Shown here in pieces: positions 52,416 through 60,720 of a stretch of DNA of 64,000 nt; position 1 is the first letter of the stretch, and each line of letters opens with the position of its first letter. Source of the DNA: a virus; IMG/VR virus record IMGVR_UViG_3300042892_002174, positions 4,331 to 68,330 of that record; one strand, given 5' to 3'. The notes beneath the pieces are model-generated. The model was not told the DNA's origin and did no database searches. It worked only from the letters and a program-made list of their open reading frames with translations. A program made the position numbers and the translations under genes.

Positions 52416-55263
52416 GTTTGATATTTTTTATTCAGGGCCCAAGCCCAATCTGTTTGTGCATGAGCGCGAGGCTGATAGTATTGAACATGCACAGCAATTG
52501 AGTTCCACTAGATACTTTTGGTGGATTACATACTTAGCAGACTACAGTAACTGGGATTGGCTTTATGAACCCAAGCCTTGGCAAGCTCATCAGCGACATG
52601 CATGGCCCAGTCAACATCAGCCTGATTCAGGATTGTATCTTGTGCCAACAGCAGGCTTTTCAGACACAAACTATCACACTGATCAAAAAATACAAACACT
52701 GCCGTCTACTGAAAATTGGATATGCCATGAAGAAATAGATGCGTGGGATTGGTCATGGCACCCCAATCCGTTAGACCCACCTTACAAGTATGTGTTTGGC
52801 AATCAATGGAATGCACCAGAGTTTAAGGCCAGTGTGGAATATCGTGTTCCGGGTGCAACAGAAGTCAAGTATATGGATCTGCGCACACAACGATTGCCAC
52901 AAAAACATTTGTTTACCAACAAAATTGCAGTAGGCGAGTTTGATTATTCCTGGGAGCCAAACCCATTTGATCCACCTTATATCTATGTGTTTGGTAACAC
53001 TTGGTACTCAGCAGAAATTGAACCCAGCGTTGAATATCGTGTTCCAGGCGCAACAGAAGTCAAATATGTTCATGACATTGTGGCTAGACCTTGGGGTGTG
53101 ATGGCAGACTATGAGTTCTTGCATGATATTGAGCTTGACAAATTTGATTGGACCTGGCACCCCAATCCCAATGATCCGCCTTATATCTATGTGTTTGGCA
53201 ATCAATGGTACTCAGCCGAAATCATGCCCACACTCCGGTATCACCATCCAGGTGCTACAGAGTTAAAGTACATGGATCATCCACAAGCAACACTGGTCGA
53301 ACGGCATGACAATCACTGGCATACTCTAGTAGATTGTGAGTGGGACTACTCCTGGGTACCTGATCCTGGCGATCCTCCTTACAAGTATGTGTTTGGCAAT
53401 CAATGGCATAGTGCAGAAATCATGCCCACTGTTACATACACTGTGCCAGGTGCTACTGAACTCAAGTATATGGACGAGCCAAAAGCTAAATTACTTGAAA
53501 ATCCCAATCGACCTTGGTACAATGTAGTTGAAAGCGACATAGATTACTCATGGGTGCCAGATCCAGGTGATCCTCCATATATCTATGTGTTTGGTAATCA
53601 ATGGCATTCAGCTGAAATAATGCCCACAGTGGAATATCGCATGCCTGGAGCAACAGAACGCAAGTATGTAGATTCACCTGTTGCTGAATTGCCAGCAGAC
53701 ATGACACTATGGCACATTCCTGACAATGTTGATATTCGAGATATGGATTTTTCATGGGTTCCAGATCCAGGATCGCCGCCTTACATCTATCAGTTTGCCA
53801 CACAGCACCAAAAGACAGGTGGTCCACAGTATCGCATGCCAGACGCAACGGAAGTCAAATACGTGGACATGATGCGAGCCGAAATAACCGCCGAAGCTGT
53901 GCCCATTGTTGAAATTGATCACTTGGATGGCAATGCTGGTGTTATACCTAACACTTTCAAACGCATAAGATATTTTGACAACTATCGCGATACCTTAATT
54001 CGCTTGGCCAAAAGCCTTGTGGGCACACACGAACATGTGTGGGTGTGCTCCAGTATATGCGATTACACTGACTTTGACTTTAGTTGGCATCCAGAAAAAT
54101 GGCAAAGTACCATGCTTCATGTATTTCCCAGCAACAATCAAAACTCCATGCAGCATGTGTTTCCCACCAACAATCAAAAGTTTGGAGACACATTCTACAT
54201 GCATGTGCCTACCTTTGCTGAACGAGCAGAAAAGAAACAGTTATTGGAATGGTACTCAGTAAACTATGTGTCACGTCGGCCAGTACCTCGTAGACCCATG
54301 CCTGTGATTGTGCATGATGGAGACAGCCAAGTAGATGCTGTGAAGTCACAAGACTTTGCAGGTCCGTTGGCAGTTTTTACCAATCATGACTATGTGCCAG
54401 GCAATCTTGTTACTGTGCCACTATGGCGTCAAGAAACCAAGACCATTGTGCCCATAAGTTCGGGCGCCAGTAGTGTGATTGTGCCCAAAACGGCTGTGCC
54501 TTTTGTCAAGACACAATTGTATGACTATCCGCACATAGACAAAACACAACGAATACTAGTAGATCCATGCTTGGATGTTGTGTTCATTAGCAATGGCGAA
54601 CCCAATGCTGATCAACACTGGCAAGATCTTGTGTATGCATTACAGCGTGGTCATTCCAATCGTGCTGTGCGAGTAGATGGTGTCAATGGACGTGTGGCTG
54701 CTTACCATGCGGCTGCACAAGCCAGTCACACACCTTGGTTCTTTGCGGTGTTTGCCAAACTAAAAGTTAATTCTAATTTTGATTGGATGTGGCAGCCTGA
54801 TCGCATGCAACTACCCAAGCACTACATATTCCACGCACGAAATCCCATTAATGGCTTGGAGTACGGACACCAAGCAATGATTGCTTATAATAAACAGTTG
54901 GTGTTAGCGAACACAGGCTACGGATTAGACTTCACACTTGATCAACCACACGAAGTGGTGCCTATACTGTCAGGCACAGCGTGGTATACTGACTCACCAT
55001 GGATGGCCTGGCGCACTGCATTCCGTGAAGTTCTTAAATTAAAAGATAGTCTGCCAGATGTAGAGAGTGAATACCGACTCAATATGTGGCTCAGTAATGC
55101 TGGCGAAGTTCCAAATGCAGAATGGAGTCAGTGGGGCGCAGAAGATGCAGTAGAGTACTACGATGCAGTTGCAGGAGACTTTGCTGAGCTTAAGAAAAGT
55201 TATGACTGGGCTTGGCTGGCCAGTTATGCGTTTATGCGGCGCAGTCTAACAACTGATCAATAA
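52414..55263 (+). CDS. Repeat-expanded GT-A-like protein; C-terminal domain paralogous to the 37405 protein
   Basis: Six ~66-aa D.SW.P.P.DPPY.Y.F repeats; C-terminal VFISNGEP, RVDGVNG..AYHAAA, ARNPINGLEYG, AWRTAFREVLKL. Confidence 0.65.
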   Translation: MFDIFYSGPKPNLFVHEREADSIEHAQQLSSTRYFWWITYLADYSNWDWLYEPKPWQAHQRHAWPSQHQPDSGLYLVPTAGFSDTNYHTDQKIQTLPSTENWICHEEIDAWDWSWHPNPLDPPYKYVFGNQWNAPEFKASVEYRVPGATEVKYMDLRTQRLPQKHLFTNKIAVGEFDYSWEPNPFDPPYIYVFGNTWYSAEIEPSVEYRVPGATEVKYVHDIVARPWGVMADYEFLHDIELDKFDWTWHPNPNDPPYIYVFGNQWYSAEIMPTLRYHHPGATELKYMDHPQATLVERHDNHWHTLVDCEWDYSWVPDPGDPPYKYVFGNQWHSAEIMPTVTYTVPGATELKYMDEPKAKLLENPNRPWYNVVESDIDYSWVPDPGDPPYIYVFGNQWHSAEIMPTVEYRMPGATERKYVDSPVAELPADMTLWHIPDNVDIRDMDFSWVPDPGSPPYIYQFATQHQKTGGPQYRMPDATEVKYVDMMRAEITAEAVPIVEIDHLDGNAGVIPNTFKRIRYFDNYRDTLIRLAKSLVGTHEHVWVCSSICDYTDFDFSWHPEKWQSTMLHVFPSNNQNSMQHVFPTNNQKFGDTFYMHVPTFAERAEKKQLLEWYSVNYVSRRPVPRRPMPVIVHDGDSQVDAVKSQDFAGPLAVFTNHDYVPGNLVTVPLWRQETKTIVPISSGASSVIVPKTAVPFVKTQLYDYPHIDKTQRILVDPCLDVVFISNGEPNADQHWQDLVYALQRGHSNRAVRVDGVNGRVAAYHAAAQASHTPWFFAVFAKLKVNSNFDWMWQPDRMQLPKHYIFHARNPINGLEYGHQAMIAYNKQLVLANTGYGLDFTLDQPHEVVPILSGTAWYTDSPWMAWRTAFREVLKLKDSLPDVESEYRLNMWLSNAGEVPNAEWSQWGAEDAVEYYDAVAGDFAELKKSYDWAWLASYAFMRRSLTTDQ
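52744..53870 (+). repeat. Six diverged in-frame tandem repeats of about 195-204 bp
   Basis: Units start near 52744, 52939, 53143, 53341, 53539 and 53743; each encodes (W/F)D.SW.P.P.DPPY.YVFGNQW...PGATE.KY. Confidence 0.9.
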
Positions 55264-56335
55264 TGTACTCAACTTCGAGATCAGTTAGCTCAGGGTATAT
55301 AGGCAAACTCAAACATCTACGGCTGAGTGCATAACTGGCCGATAACATGTCCGGGCCTTGGTATTGCTGGAACACAGGCAGTTCTTGCAAAGGCTCAGCG
55401 TAGTGAATCTTGGTTTCAATCTTGCGCAAAGAGAGATTGCGTTGCACAATATCTCTTTGATCCACTTCAATCACAAACTTGTGATAGCAATGTTTGTCAA
55501 AATTACTTTTGTCAATTAATGATCGTATGGGTGACTTTTCCAAGCGGTTCATCCAATAGGCAGCAATGGTACTTCTACGACTTTGCCATGCATGCAAGTG
55601 CCGGGTCTTGACCATCATTTGCGCACAATCCACTTCACTCATGCGTGAGTTGGTGCCTATCTCGCTGTGCTTGAGATACTTGCCGTTGTTTACATAATCT
55701 CTTGCAAACTCTTGCAGTTCATATCTGTTGGTCACTACAGCACCACCATTGCCATAGTTGGCAAAGTTTTTTGTAGGGTCAAAACTTATTGCAGCTGACT
55801 CGCTGTGTCTGTGGCAGTTGTCAGCCAACCAGTGCTGTGCGGCATCTTCTATGATGATGTCACCGTGATTGCGCCAATGTTGATGAACACTCTGACCATA
55901 TAGTCCAACTAGACACACTGCTTGATAACTCAGGTCCTGAGGCAGTTTTCTATAGTCCATTTGTCCATGGTTGTCTGTGTCCAAAATGTAGATATTCCAG
56001 CCGGCTCGAATCCAAGCATTGGCTGTGGCTGGATAAGTCAGCGCAGGTATAACCACAGTGGGTGGTGTGATGCCGATCTTGCTTCTAAAGTATTCAGCAA
56101 TGATCTCTAGGGCCTGTGTGCCTGAGTGACACAAGATAGCATACTTGACACCGTTCTTTCTGCTGATCCAATGAGCAAACTCAGCAGTACAGTTGCCATC
56201 CATCAGTTGTCCCGAACGCAACACTTCGTCGGTCACGTCCAAGATCTCTTGGCGGAGATTGTTATACTGCTTGCGGAGACCAGTAAACGGAATTGTTAAG
56301 CCAGTGGTAGTAATTTTGAAATCCTTCTTCAACAT
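55232..56335 (-). CDS. DegT/DnrJ/EryC1/StrS PLP-dependent sugar aminotransferase
   Basis: SGTQAL, TYPATANA, EDAAQ, SFDPTKN (PLP lysine), GNGGA, GTNSRM, LSLPIYP; start uncertain (ATG 56335). Confidence 0.93.
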   Translation of the reverse strand: MLKKDFKITTTGLTIPFTGLRKQYNNLRQEILDVTDEVLRSGQLMDGNCTAEFAHWISRKNGVKYAILCHSGTQALEIIAEYFRSKIGITPPTVVIPALTYPATANAWIRAGWNIYILDTDNHGQMDYRKLPQDLSYQAVCLVGLYGQSVHQHWRNHGDIIIEDAAQHWLADNCHRHSESAAISFDPTKNFANYGNGGAVVTNRYELQEFARDYVNNGKYLKHSEIGTNSRMSEVDCAQMMVKTRHLHAWQSRRSTIAAYWMNRLEKSPIRSLIDKSNFDKHCYHKFVIEVDQRDIVQRNLSLRKIETKIHYAEPLQELPVFQQYQGPDMLSASYALSRRCLSLPIYPELTDLEVEYIIDQLLDCAA

Positions 56336-57230
56336 CAACCTTGGGATCAAAGCCTAATACTTGTCTGGCCTTGTCGATATTTAGTGCGCCGCGGCTGGGA
56401 AAGTCTGCGTCCTTGTCTCGGCACTCTATTGTGCCCGAGCCCACAATCTTCACAATCATTTCTGCGGCCTGTAAGAGCGAGACTGAATGAGATTTTGTAA
56501 TATTAAACGTGTCGTTCGCAGCACCTGCCTCCAGTGCTGCCGCCACAACACCATCCGCAGCGTCATCAACATAGGTAAAGTCAAGCGTCTCTCCCGCCCC
56601 GTTAACATTGAGAACTTGACCACGCATGGCTCGGAGCATAAATTTTGCCACAACACGATCTTCCACATCCAGTGGACCGTATACCGCTGAGGGGCGTATA
56701 ATAACATATTCCATTCCTGTGCGTCGAGCATAATCTTTTACCAACCATTCTCCTGCAAGTTTCATAATACCGTACTGTCCAATTGGACTGCATAGGGCAT
56801 CTTCTGTGACTTGATCTGCAAAGTCTCCGTACACCATTGAGCTTGAGATGTACACAAAGCGTCTAACACCGTACCTTTTGGCACTCTCAAGAACATTGAT
56901 CAGTCCACGCATCATCACGTCAGCACCGTGTGCAGGGTTGGCGTTGACAACTTTCTGTCGAGGAAATGAAGCCATATGTACAATCACTTCGGGTTGTTGC
57001 ACTCTGATCACATAGTCTGTGGTGTCAGCATTTTCAATTGAGGCTGCATACAGCGGATGCCGATCAATCTTGATGGCTCGTTCTTCCATCAAGTAGTCCA
57101 GTTCAGCCTGCGGAATGATGCCGTAGTTGGTTTTGTTATCAATGATGCTGACCAGGTGATCCTGGCGTTTGAGTCGTTGTACCACATTGTGTCCAATGAG
57201 ACCCATGCCTCCGGTTACTAATATTTTCAT
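56262..57230 (-). CDS. NAD-dependent nucleotide-sugar epimerase/dehydratase (extended SDR)
   Basis: MKILVTGGMGLIG, SSSMVYG, YGIMK (YxxxK), RPSAVYGP, DFTYVDD. Confidence 0.93.
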   Translation of the reverse strand: MKILVTGGMGLIGHNVVQRLKRQDHLVSIIDNKTNYGIIPQAELDYLMEERAIKIDRHPLYAASIENADTTDYVIRVQQPEVIVHMASFPRQKVVNANPAHGADVMMRGLINVLESAKRYGVRRFVYISSSMVYGDFADQVTEDALCSPIGQYGIMKLAGEWLVKDYARRTGMEYVIIRPSAVYGPLDVEDRVVAKFMLRAMRGQVLNVNGAGETLDFTYVDDAADGVVAAALEAGAANDTFNITKSHSVSLLQAAEMIVKIVGSGTIECRDKDADFPSRGALNIDKARQVLGFDPKVDVEEGFQNYYHWLNNSVYWSPQAV

Positions 57231-57553
57231 TTGTTTCCCCATTTAAGTGTCCAGAATGTTTCGTTTTGTTCGCTCAGTCTAGCCACAATATCATAACGAT
57301 GCCCGTAACTAGCAACGTCATTAGTTCTGTGCCAGTAAGGTTTTTCCACAGCGTGTTCCATAATAAACTTACCAGCATCACTTTCTTGCCATTCATATAT
57401 GGGTTGAGCCACATACAAGTCTGGATCATCAACATCACCCATACGGATAGTATGCACTATAACATCACGAAACGCCACGGCCTTACCATCAATGATCTTG
57501 ACTTGATATGGTTGCCAATGTTTGGGTTTCGGGGGATCTTGGATGCCGGCCAT
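57227..57553 (-). CDS. Hypothetical protein
   Basis: Likely ATG 57553 directly after a promoter; GDVDDPDLYVAQP..EW; stop overlaps the epimerase start. Confidence 0.65.
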   Translation of the reverse strand: MAGIQDPPKPKHWQPYQVKIIDGKAVAFRDVIVHTIRMGDVDDPDLYVAQPIYEWQESDAGKFIMEHAVEKPYWHRTNDVASYGHRYDIVARLSEQNETFWTLKWGNK

Positions 57554-57558
57554 GTGCC

Positions 57559-57587
57559 AGTATAGCACAATGCCTATGATTGTGCAA
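57559..57587 (-). promoter_or_regulatory. sigma70-type promoter with an internal inverted repeat (near-leaderless)
   Basis: Minus strand TTGCAC-N17-TATACT with extended -10, 5 nt before the ATG; GCACAAT-N7-ATTGTGC at 57565-57585. Confidence 0.6.
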
Positions 57588-58266
57588 CCAAGTCTGCGGC
57601 CATTGGAAAAATTGCAGTAATGGCCTGGGCGCAAGCACGAGCAATATCCATGTGTTCTTTTTGAGTGCCGTTACTGGCGCGAAGCTCGATGTAGTGAATC
57701 CAACTGCGCAAAGTACCATTCATGTACATGCGACTCACAGTGAGTCCTTCTGGCAACACAGCACGAGCTTGTTCTTTGGCAATACCATTGTCAATTGCCC
57801 ACTTGTATTCTTTTTTTACAGCATACAGCACACGTTTCTGAGCACGTTCCCATTCAATGGCCAACAACTTCTGTGCTTGATCCGCCATGTCAAAGTCTAC
57901 GCTGTTCTGTCTATTCTTGGTGTCTTGGAATCGTGCCTCACGTAACACAAACGCCTCATCGAGTTCAGCTGTAGGATCAGCATATCGCTGGGAGAACTCT
58001 TGAAAGCTGAAACTTCTGTGACGTAGAATCTGTCGGGCGATGTCGCGGGTGGTGACGATTTCCATGCAGGCTGAGACCATTTCAAGTGGGCTCCAGTGCT
58101 GGTGCTTGATAAGGTATCGTATGAGTCGTTCGCTTGTGTCTGTGTTGAATTGATTGGCAGGATTGGACACACGGGCGCAATACGCAATGAGTTCCTGAGC
58201 ATCATCAACACCTTGGGATCTAAATGCGTCGGTTGGTTGACTGTAGGAAAGTAGCTTAACATTCAT
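57574..58266 (-). CDS. thyX: Flavin-dependent thymidylate synthase
   Basis: RHRSFSFQEFSQRY ThyX motif, HWSPLE, EQARAVLP, TQKEH. Confidence 0.95.
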   Translation of the reverse strand: MNVKLLSYSQPTDAFRSQGVDDAQELIAYCARVSNPANQFNTDTSERLIRYLIKHQHWSPLEMVSACMEIVTTRDIARQILRHRSFSFQEFSQRYADPTAELDEAFVLREARFQDTKNRQNSVDFDMADQAQKLLAIEWERAQKRVLYAVKKEYKWAIDNGIAKEQARAVLPEGLTVSRMYMNGTLRSWIHYIELRASNGTQKEHMDIARACAQAITAIFPMAADLVAQS

Positions 58267-58571
58267 TTTAATTTGGTAAGAAGTTTATCAGTTTCGGGTT
58301 GTGCTATTTCAGCCACAGCCACAGTGTCAACGATAAAGTCAACGTTGTCAACTTCGTCGCCAAACTCTGTGAGTATTCGCGTGACTATGATTTCTATTTC
58401 TTCCCAATCTAGACCTTGTTTTTTCAAGGTGCTGAGATTGATGGTCTTTTGTCGCTTGCCGTTGAGTTTGACTACAATCTTCTTGATACACTCGAGTGGA
58501 ATATCAGTTTTGTTGACTTCGTCAATTATGTGTTCCCAACGTTCAAGAAAGTCATCACTGAATTGCTGCAT
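58263..58571 (-). CDS. Hypothetical protein
   Basis: 102-aa acidic ORF overlapping thyX and the upstream gene. Confidence 0.65.
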   Translation of the reverse strand: MQQFSDDFLERWEHIIDEVNKTDIPLECIKKIVVKLNGKRQKTINLSTLKKQGLDWEEIEIIVTRILTEFGDEVDNVDFIVDTVAVAEIAQPETDKLLTKLK

Positions 58572-59268
58572 CGGCGGTCACCCGTGACTTGGCAGGACGA
58601 CCACGCTTGGGCGCGGTAGGAGCAGTGCTAGGAACAGCCCTAGCGTCATTGGGATTCACGCCAGGAAACATGCGTTCTGCATCTTTCTTCATTCTGGCAG
58701 CTTCGGCAATTAGGCCTTGTGCATCTTGTTCCATGCGTTTGGCTTGTACCAGCATGTTTGCAGCCAGTGCATGATCATCCAGTGCGCCTGTAGCAGGTGC
58801 TTGAACAGGTGGAATACCTTGTTGACGATTCTTGAATTCTGCTTCAGCTTGGCGTTTGACTTCTGGAGCAACCATACCAGAACTGCTGTCAATCTCTTGC
58901 ATACGTTTGAGTGCTTCGGTGCCGGATTCCATTTCTTTGACCAAGCGATTAATCTCATCCAATTTTACTGAACTGGTAGCAGTGGGTGTAAGGATAACTT
59001 GATTGGTAGCAATCTTTTTCAACATGCCTTCGTGATGCAAGGTTTGCAGAATATTACGACCATCGGGCAACAAGTTGCGATGGAATACATCAGCAAGATT
59101 GCTGGCCTGTTGGCCCGGTGCTGATTCCAACACACTCATTACTGAGTTGTGAATGTGTGTGGGCAACACATCTGGATAGATAACCAGGCACATGTGTTCC
59201 TCATTTGGAATTTCTCTAAATACAATGGCAACCTTGCGATCACCGGTTCTGCCGATATGTTTAAGCAT
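58555..59268 (-). CDS. Hypothetical phage protein with C-terminal coiled coil and KRGRP tail
   Basis: GGAG Shine-Dalgarno; 237 aa; PKRGRPAK resembles an AT-hook. Confidence 0.7.
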   Translation of the reverse strand: MLKHIGRTGDRKVAIVFREIPNEEHMCLVIYPDVLPTHIHNSVMSVLESAPGQQASNLADVFHRNLLPDGRNILQTLHHEGMLKKIATNQVILTPTATSSVKLDEINRLVKEMESGTEALKRMQEIDSSSGMVAPEVKRQAEAEFKNRQQGIPPVQAPATGALDDHALAANMLVQAKRMEQDAQGLIAEAARMKKDAERMFPGVNPNDARAVPSTAPTAPKRGRPAKSRVTADAAIQ

Positions 59269-59476
59269 TTTGTTCTCCTTGTGCTTGTGGTGCCTCAGGC
59301 TCGCTGTCTGCTGTTACAGGGCCGGCTTTTGCCGCTTGTAAGAAAGCAGTGAGCTTGTCATATATTGCACCCACTGGGGTTAACTCGTTGGCACGAAATG
59401 CACCTCGAGTGGTAGCAGCTTCTATGATGCTATGAATGGAGGCTAGATCAGCCAGGGTAAGTTGAGTGTTTTCCAT
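59261..59476 (-). CDS. Hypothetical phage protein
   Basis: LTLADL...RGAFRANEL..VG..Y.KL..FL; ATG 59476 preceded by TAAATA at 59482-59487. Confidence 0.7.
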   Translation of the reverse strand: MENTQLTLADLASIHSIIEAATTRGAFRANELTPVGAIYDKLTAFLQAAKAGPVTADSEPEAPQAQGEQNA

Positions 59477-59514
59477 ATAGATATTTAATGGCAAAACATT
59501 CAATGAAAATGTTT

Positions 59515-59721
59515 TTATGGGGTATTTTGGAAGAATTCGTTGGCTTTTTGGACAGCCTCTTCAATGGTAAGCGCAGGCACTGTCACAAAAGCCTGGTTGC
59601 CCACTATCTCCATGTCGTAAGGTATACTACCAGTAAAACAGAAACTTTCCGGCACTTCCACCTGCACTTCAAAATCCTGCATGCGGCGTGCTCGATCAAT
59701 CACGTCAAGATAATCGCTCAC
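59515..59721 (-). CDS. Hypothetical protein
   Basis: 68 aa; GTG start overlaps the upstream stop. Confidence 0.6.
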   Translation of the reverse strand: MSDYLDVIDRARRMQDFEVQVEVPESFCFTGSIPYDMEIVGNQAFVTVPALTIEEAVQKANEFFQNTP

Positions 59722-59906
59722 AGAATTTTACGCTGTTTGATCAGGTGTTCAAAGGTGTTCCACAACTTATCAAATTTGCGTTCGTAGTAGTCAATTAACA
59801 CCTTGGTGTCTTCGATCTTAGCACCTTGATCAATGTACATTTGCAAGTCATTGGTTATTTTCCAGCACTCCATAATTTCTTGCTCAAAATCAAAACGGTC
59901 ACTCAT
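59718..59906 (-). CDS. Hypothetical protein
   Basis: 62 aa; GGAG Shine-Dalgarno; ATGA overlap. Confidence 0.65.
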   Translation of the reverse strand: MSDRFDFEQEIMECWKITNDLQMYIDQGAKIEDTKVLIDYYERKFDKLWNTFEHLIKQRKIL

Positions 59907-60142
59907 TTAAACTCCTTTAGTTCTTTGGGTTTTACAAAAATAAAATTATGCACTCGGCCATCCAGTCGGATAGGCAAGTCTAAATGCACACTCACACGCG
60001 GACCCTCGATCAAATTTATCTGCGTGTCGTTGCCTACCGTACCACGGAATGGAATTCGGTTCCATGTGCCTTGCACACGATCACCTATGATCCAAGTTGG
60101 TTGGTAACCCACACGATTAAAATAATCAGTTTGATTACCCAC
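59903..60142 (-). CDS. Hypothetical protein (possible SH3/KOW-like beta barrel)
   Basis: Likely GTG start at 60142; IGDRV.G.W..IPF.GTV. Confidence 0.55.
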   Translation of the reverse strand: MGNQTDYFNRVGYQPTWIIGDRVQGTWNRIPFRGTVGNDTQINLIEGPRVSVHLDLPIRLDGRVHNFIFVKPKELKEFK

Positions 60143-60278
60143 GGGGCTGACTCCATTCATCACGTGCCAGCTTGAACTCTGCATACACTCGGCGGAGTAT
60201 GGTCACAGCAGGAACAAAAAAGAATCCTGCCACAAATCCATACAGCAACCACTTTACAGCTTCCCATAAATCCATCAT
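60135..60278 (-). CDS. Small membrane protein (47 aa)
   Basis: Not in the ORF track; MMDLWEAVKWLLYGFVAGFFFVPAVTILRRVYAEFKLARDEWSQPRG; one hydrophobic segment; ATGA overlap. Confidence 0.6.
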   Translation of the reverse strand: MMDLWEAVKWLLYGFVAGFFFVPAVTILRRVYAEFKLARDEWSQPRG

Positions 60279-60502
60279 ACAATTTGTCCTAATCCTGTAT
60301 AGATAAGTTGATCCAACTCTGTTTGATAATCTGTACGACCCGTTCTACGTTTAAGCCAAATAGCTGTGAGCAAGTCCTTGGCGCTATGCTGACTATCCAC
60401 TGGCAACTCCCCACGCGACTCTAGCTCTTCGAGCAAGTCCTCTGTGTCAAAGTCACTAAGGTCTACATCTATTTCGACTTCTTTGTAAACTGATTTATAC
60501 AT
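60275..60502 (-). CDS. Hypothetical protein
   Basis: EVEIDVDLSDFDTEDLLEELESRG acidic motif; ATG at 60502. Confidence 0.65.
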   Translation of the reverse strand: MYKSVYKEVEIDVDLSDFDTEDLLEELESRGELPVDSQHSAKDLLTAIWLKRRTGRTDYQTELDQLIYTGLGQIV

Positions 60503-60719
60503 CTTCAATTCCTAATGTTGCAGGAGCATGGTCCAACACATCATCATTGCCGCGGCAATAAAAATATGCGTCAGGGTCGTTTATGGTCACACACAAATCG
60601 CTGTGAGCAATGTCATAGTCTACAAACTCCCCACTTGGATTGTACACTCTAAACAGATAGGTGTCAAGTATGGCACTGTAGATCAAATGCCCTTCTACAC
60701 CATTTGCTGATTGTGCCAT
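60495..60719 (-). CDS. Hypothetical protein
   Basis: Likely ATG 60719, one base after the VWA gene stop, with GAGG upstream. Confidence 0.6.
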   Translation of the reverse strand: MAQSANGVEGHLIYSAILDTYLFRVYNPSGEFVDYDIAHSDLCVTINDPDAYFYCRGNDDVLDHAPATLGIEDV

Positions 60720-60720
60720 C

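Noticed and set aside
52744-53870. ~200-bp repeats as DGR template/variable repeats or CRISPR
   Set aside because: Differences are largely synonymous and not adenine-specific, no reverse transcriptase is in the window, and the repeats encode protein.
56262-56350. Frameshift or fusion between epimerase and DegT because of their long overlap
   Set aside because: Both ORFs are complete, an in-frame ATG exists at 56335, and no clear slippery site was seen.
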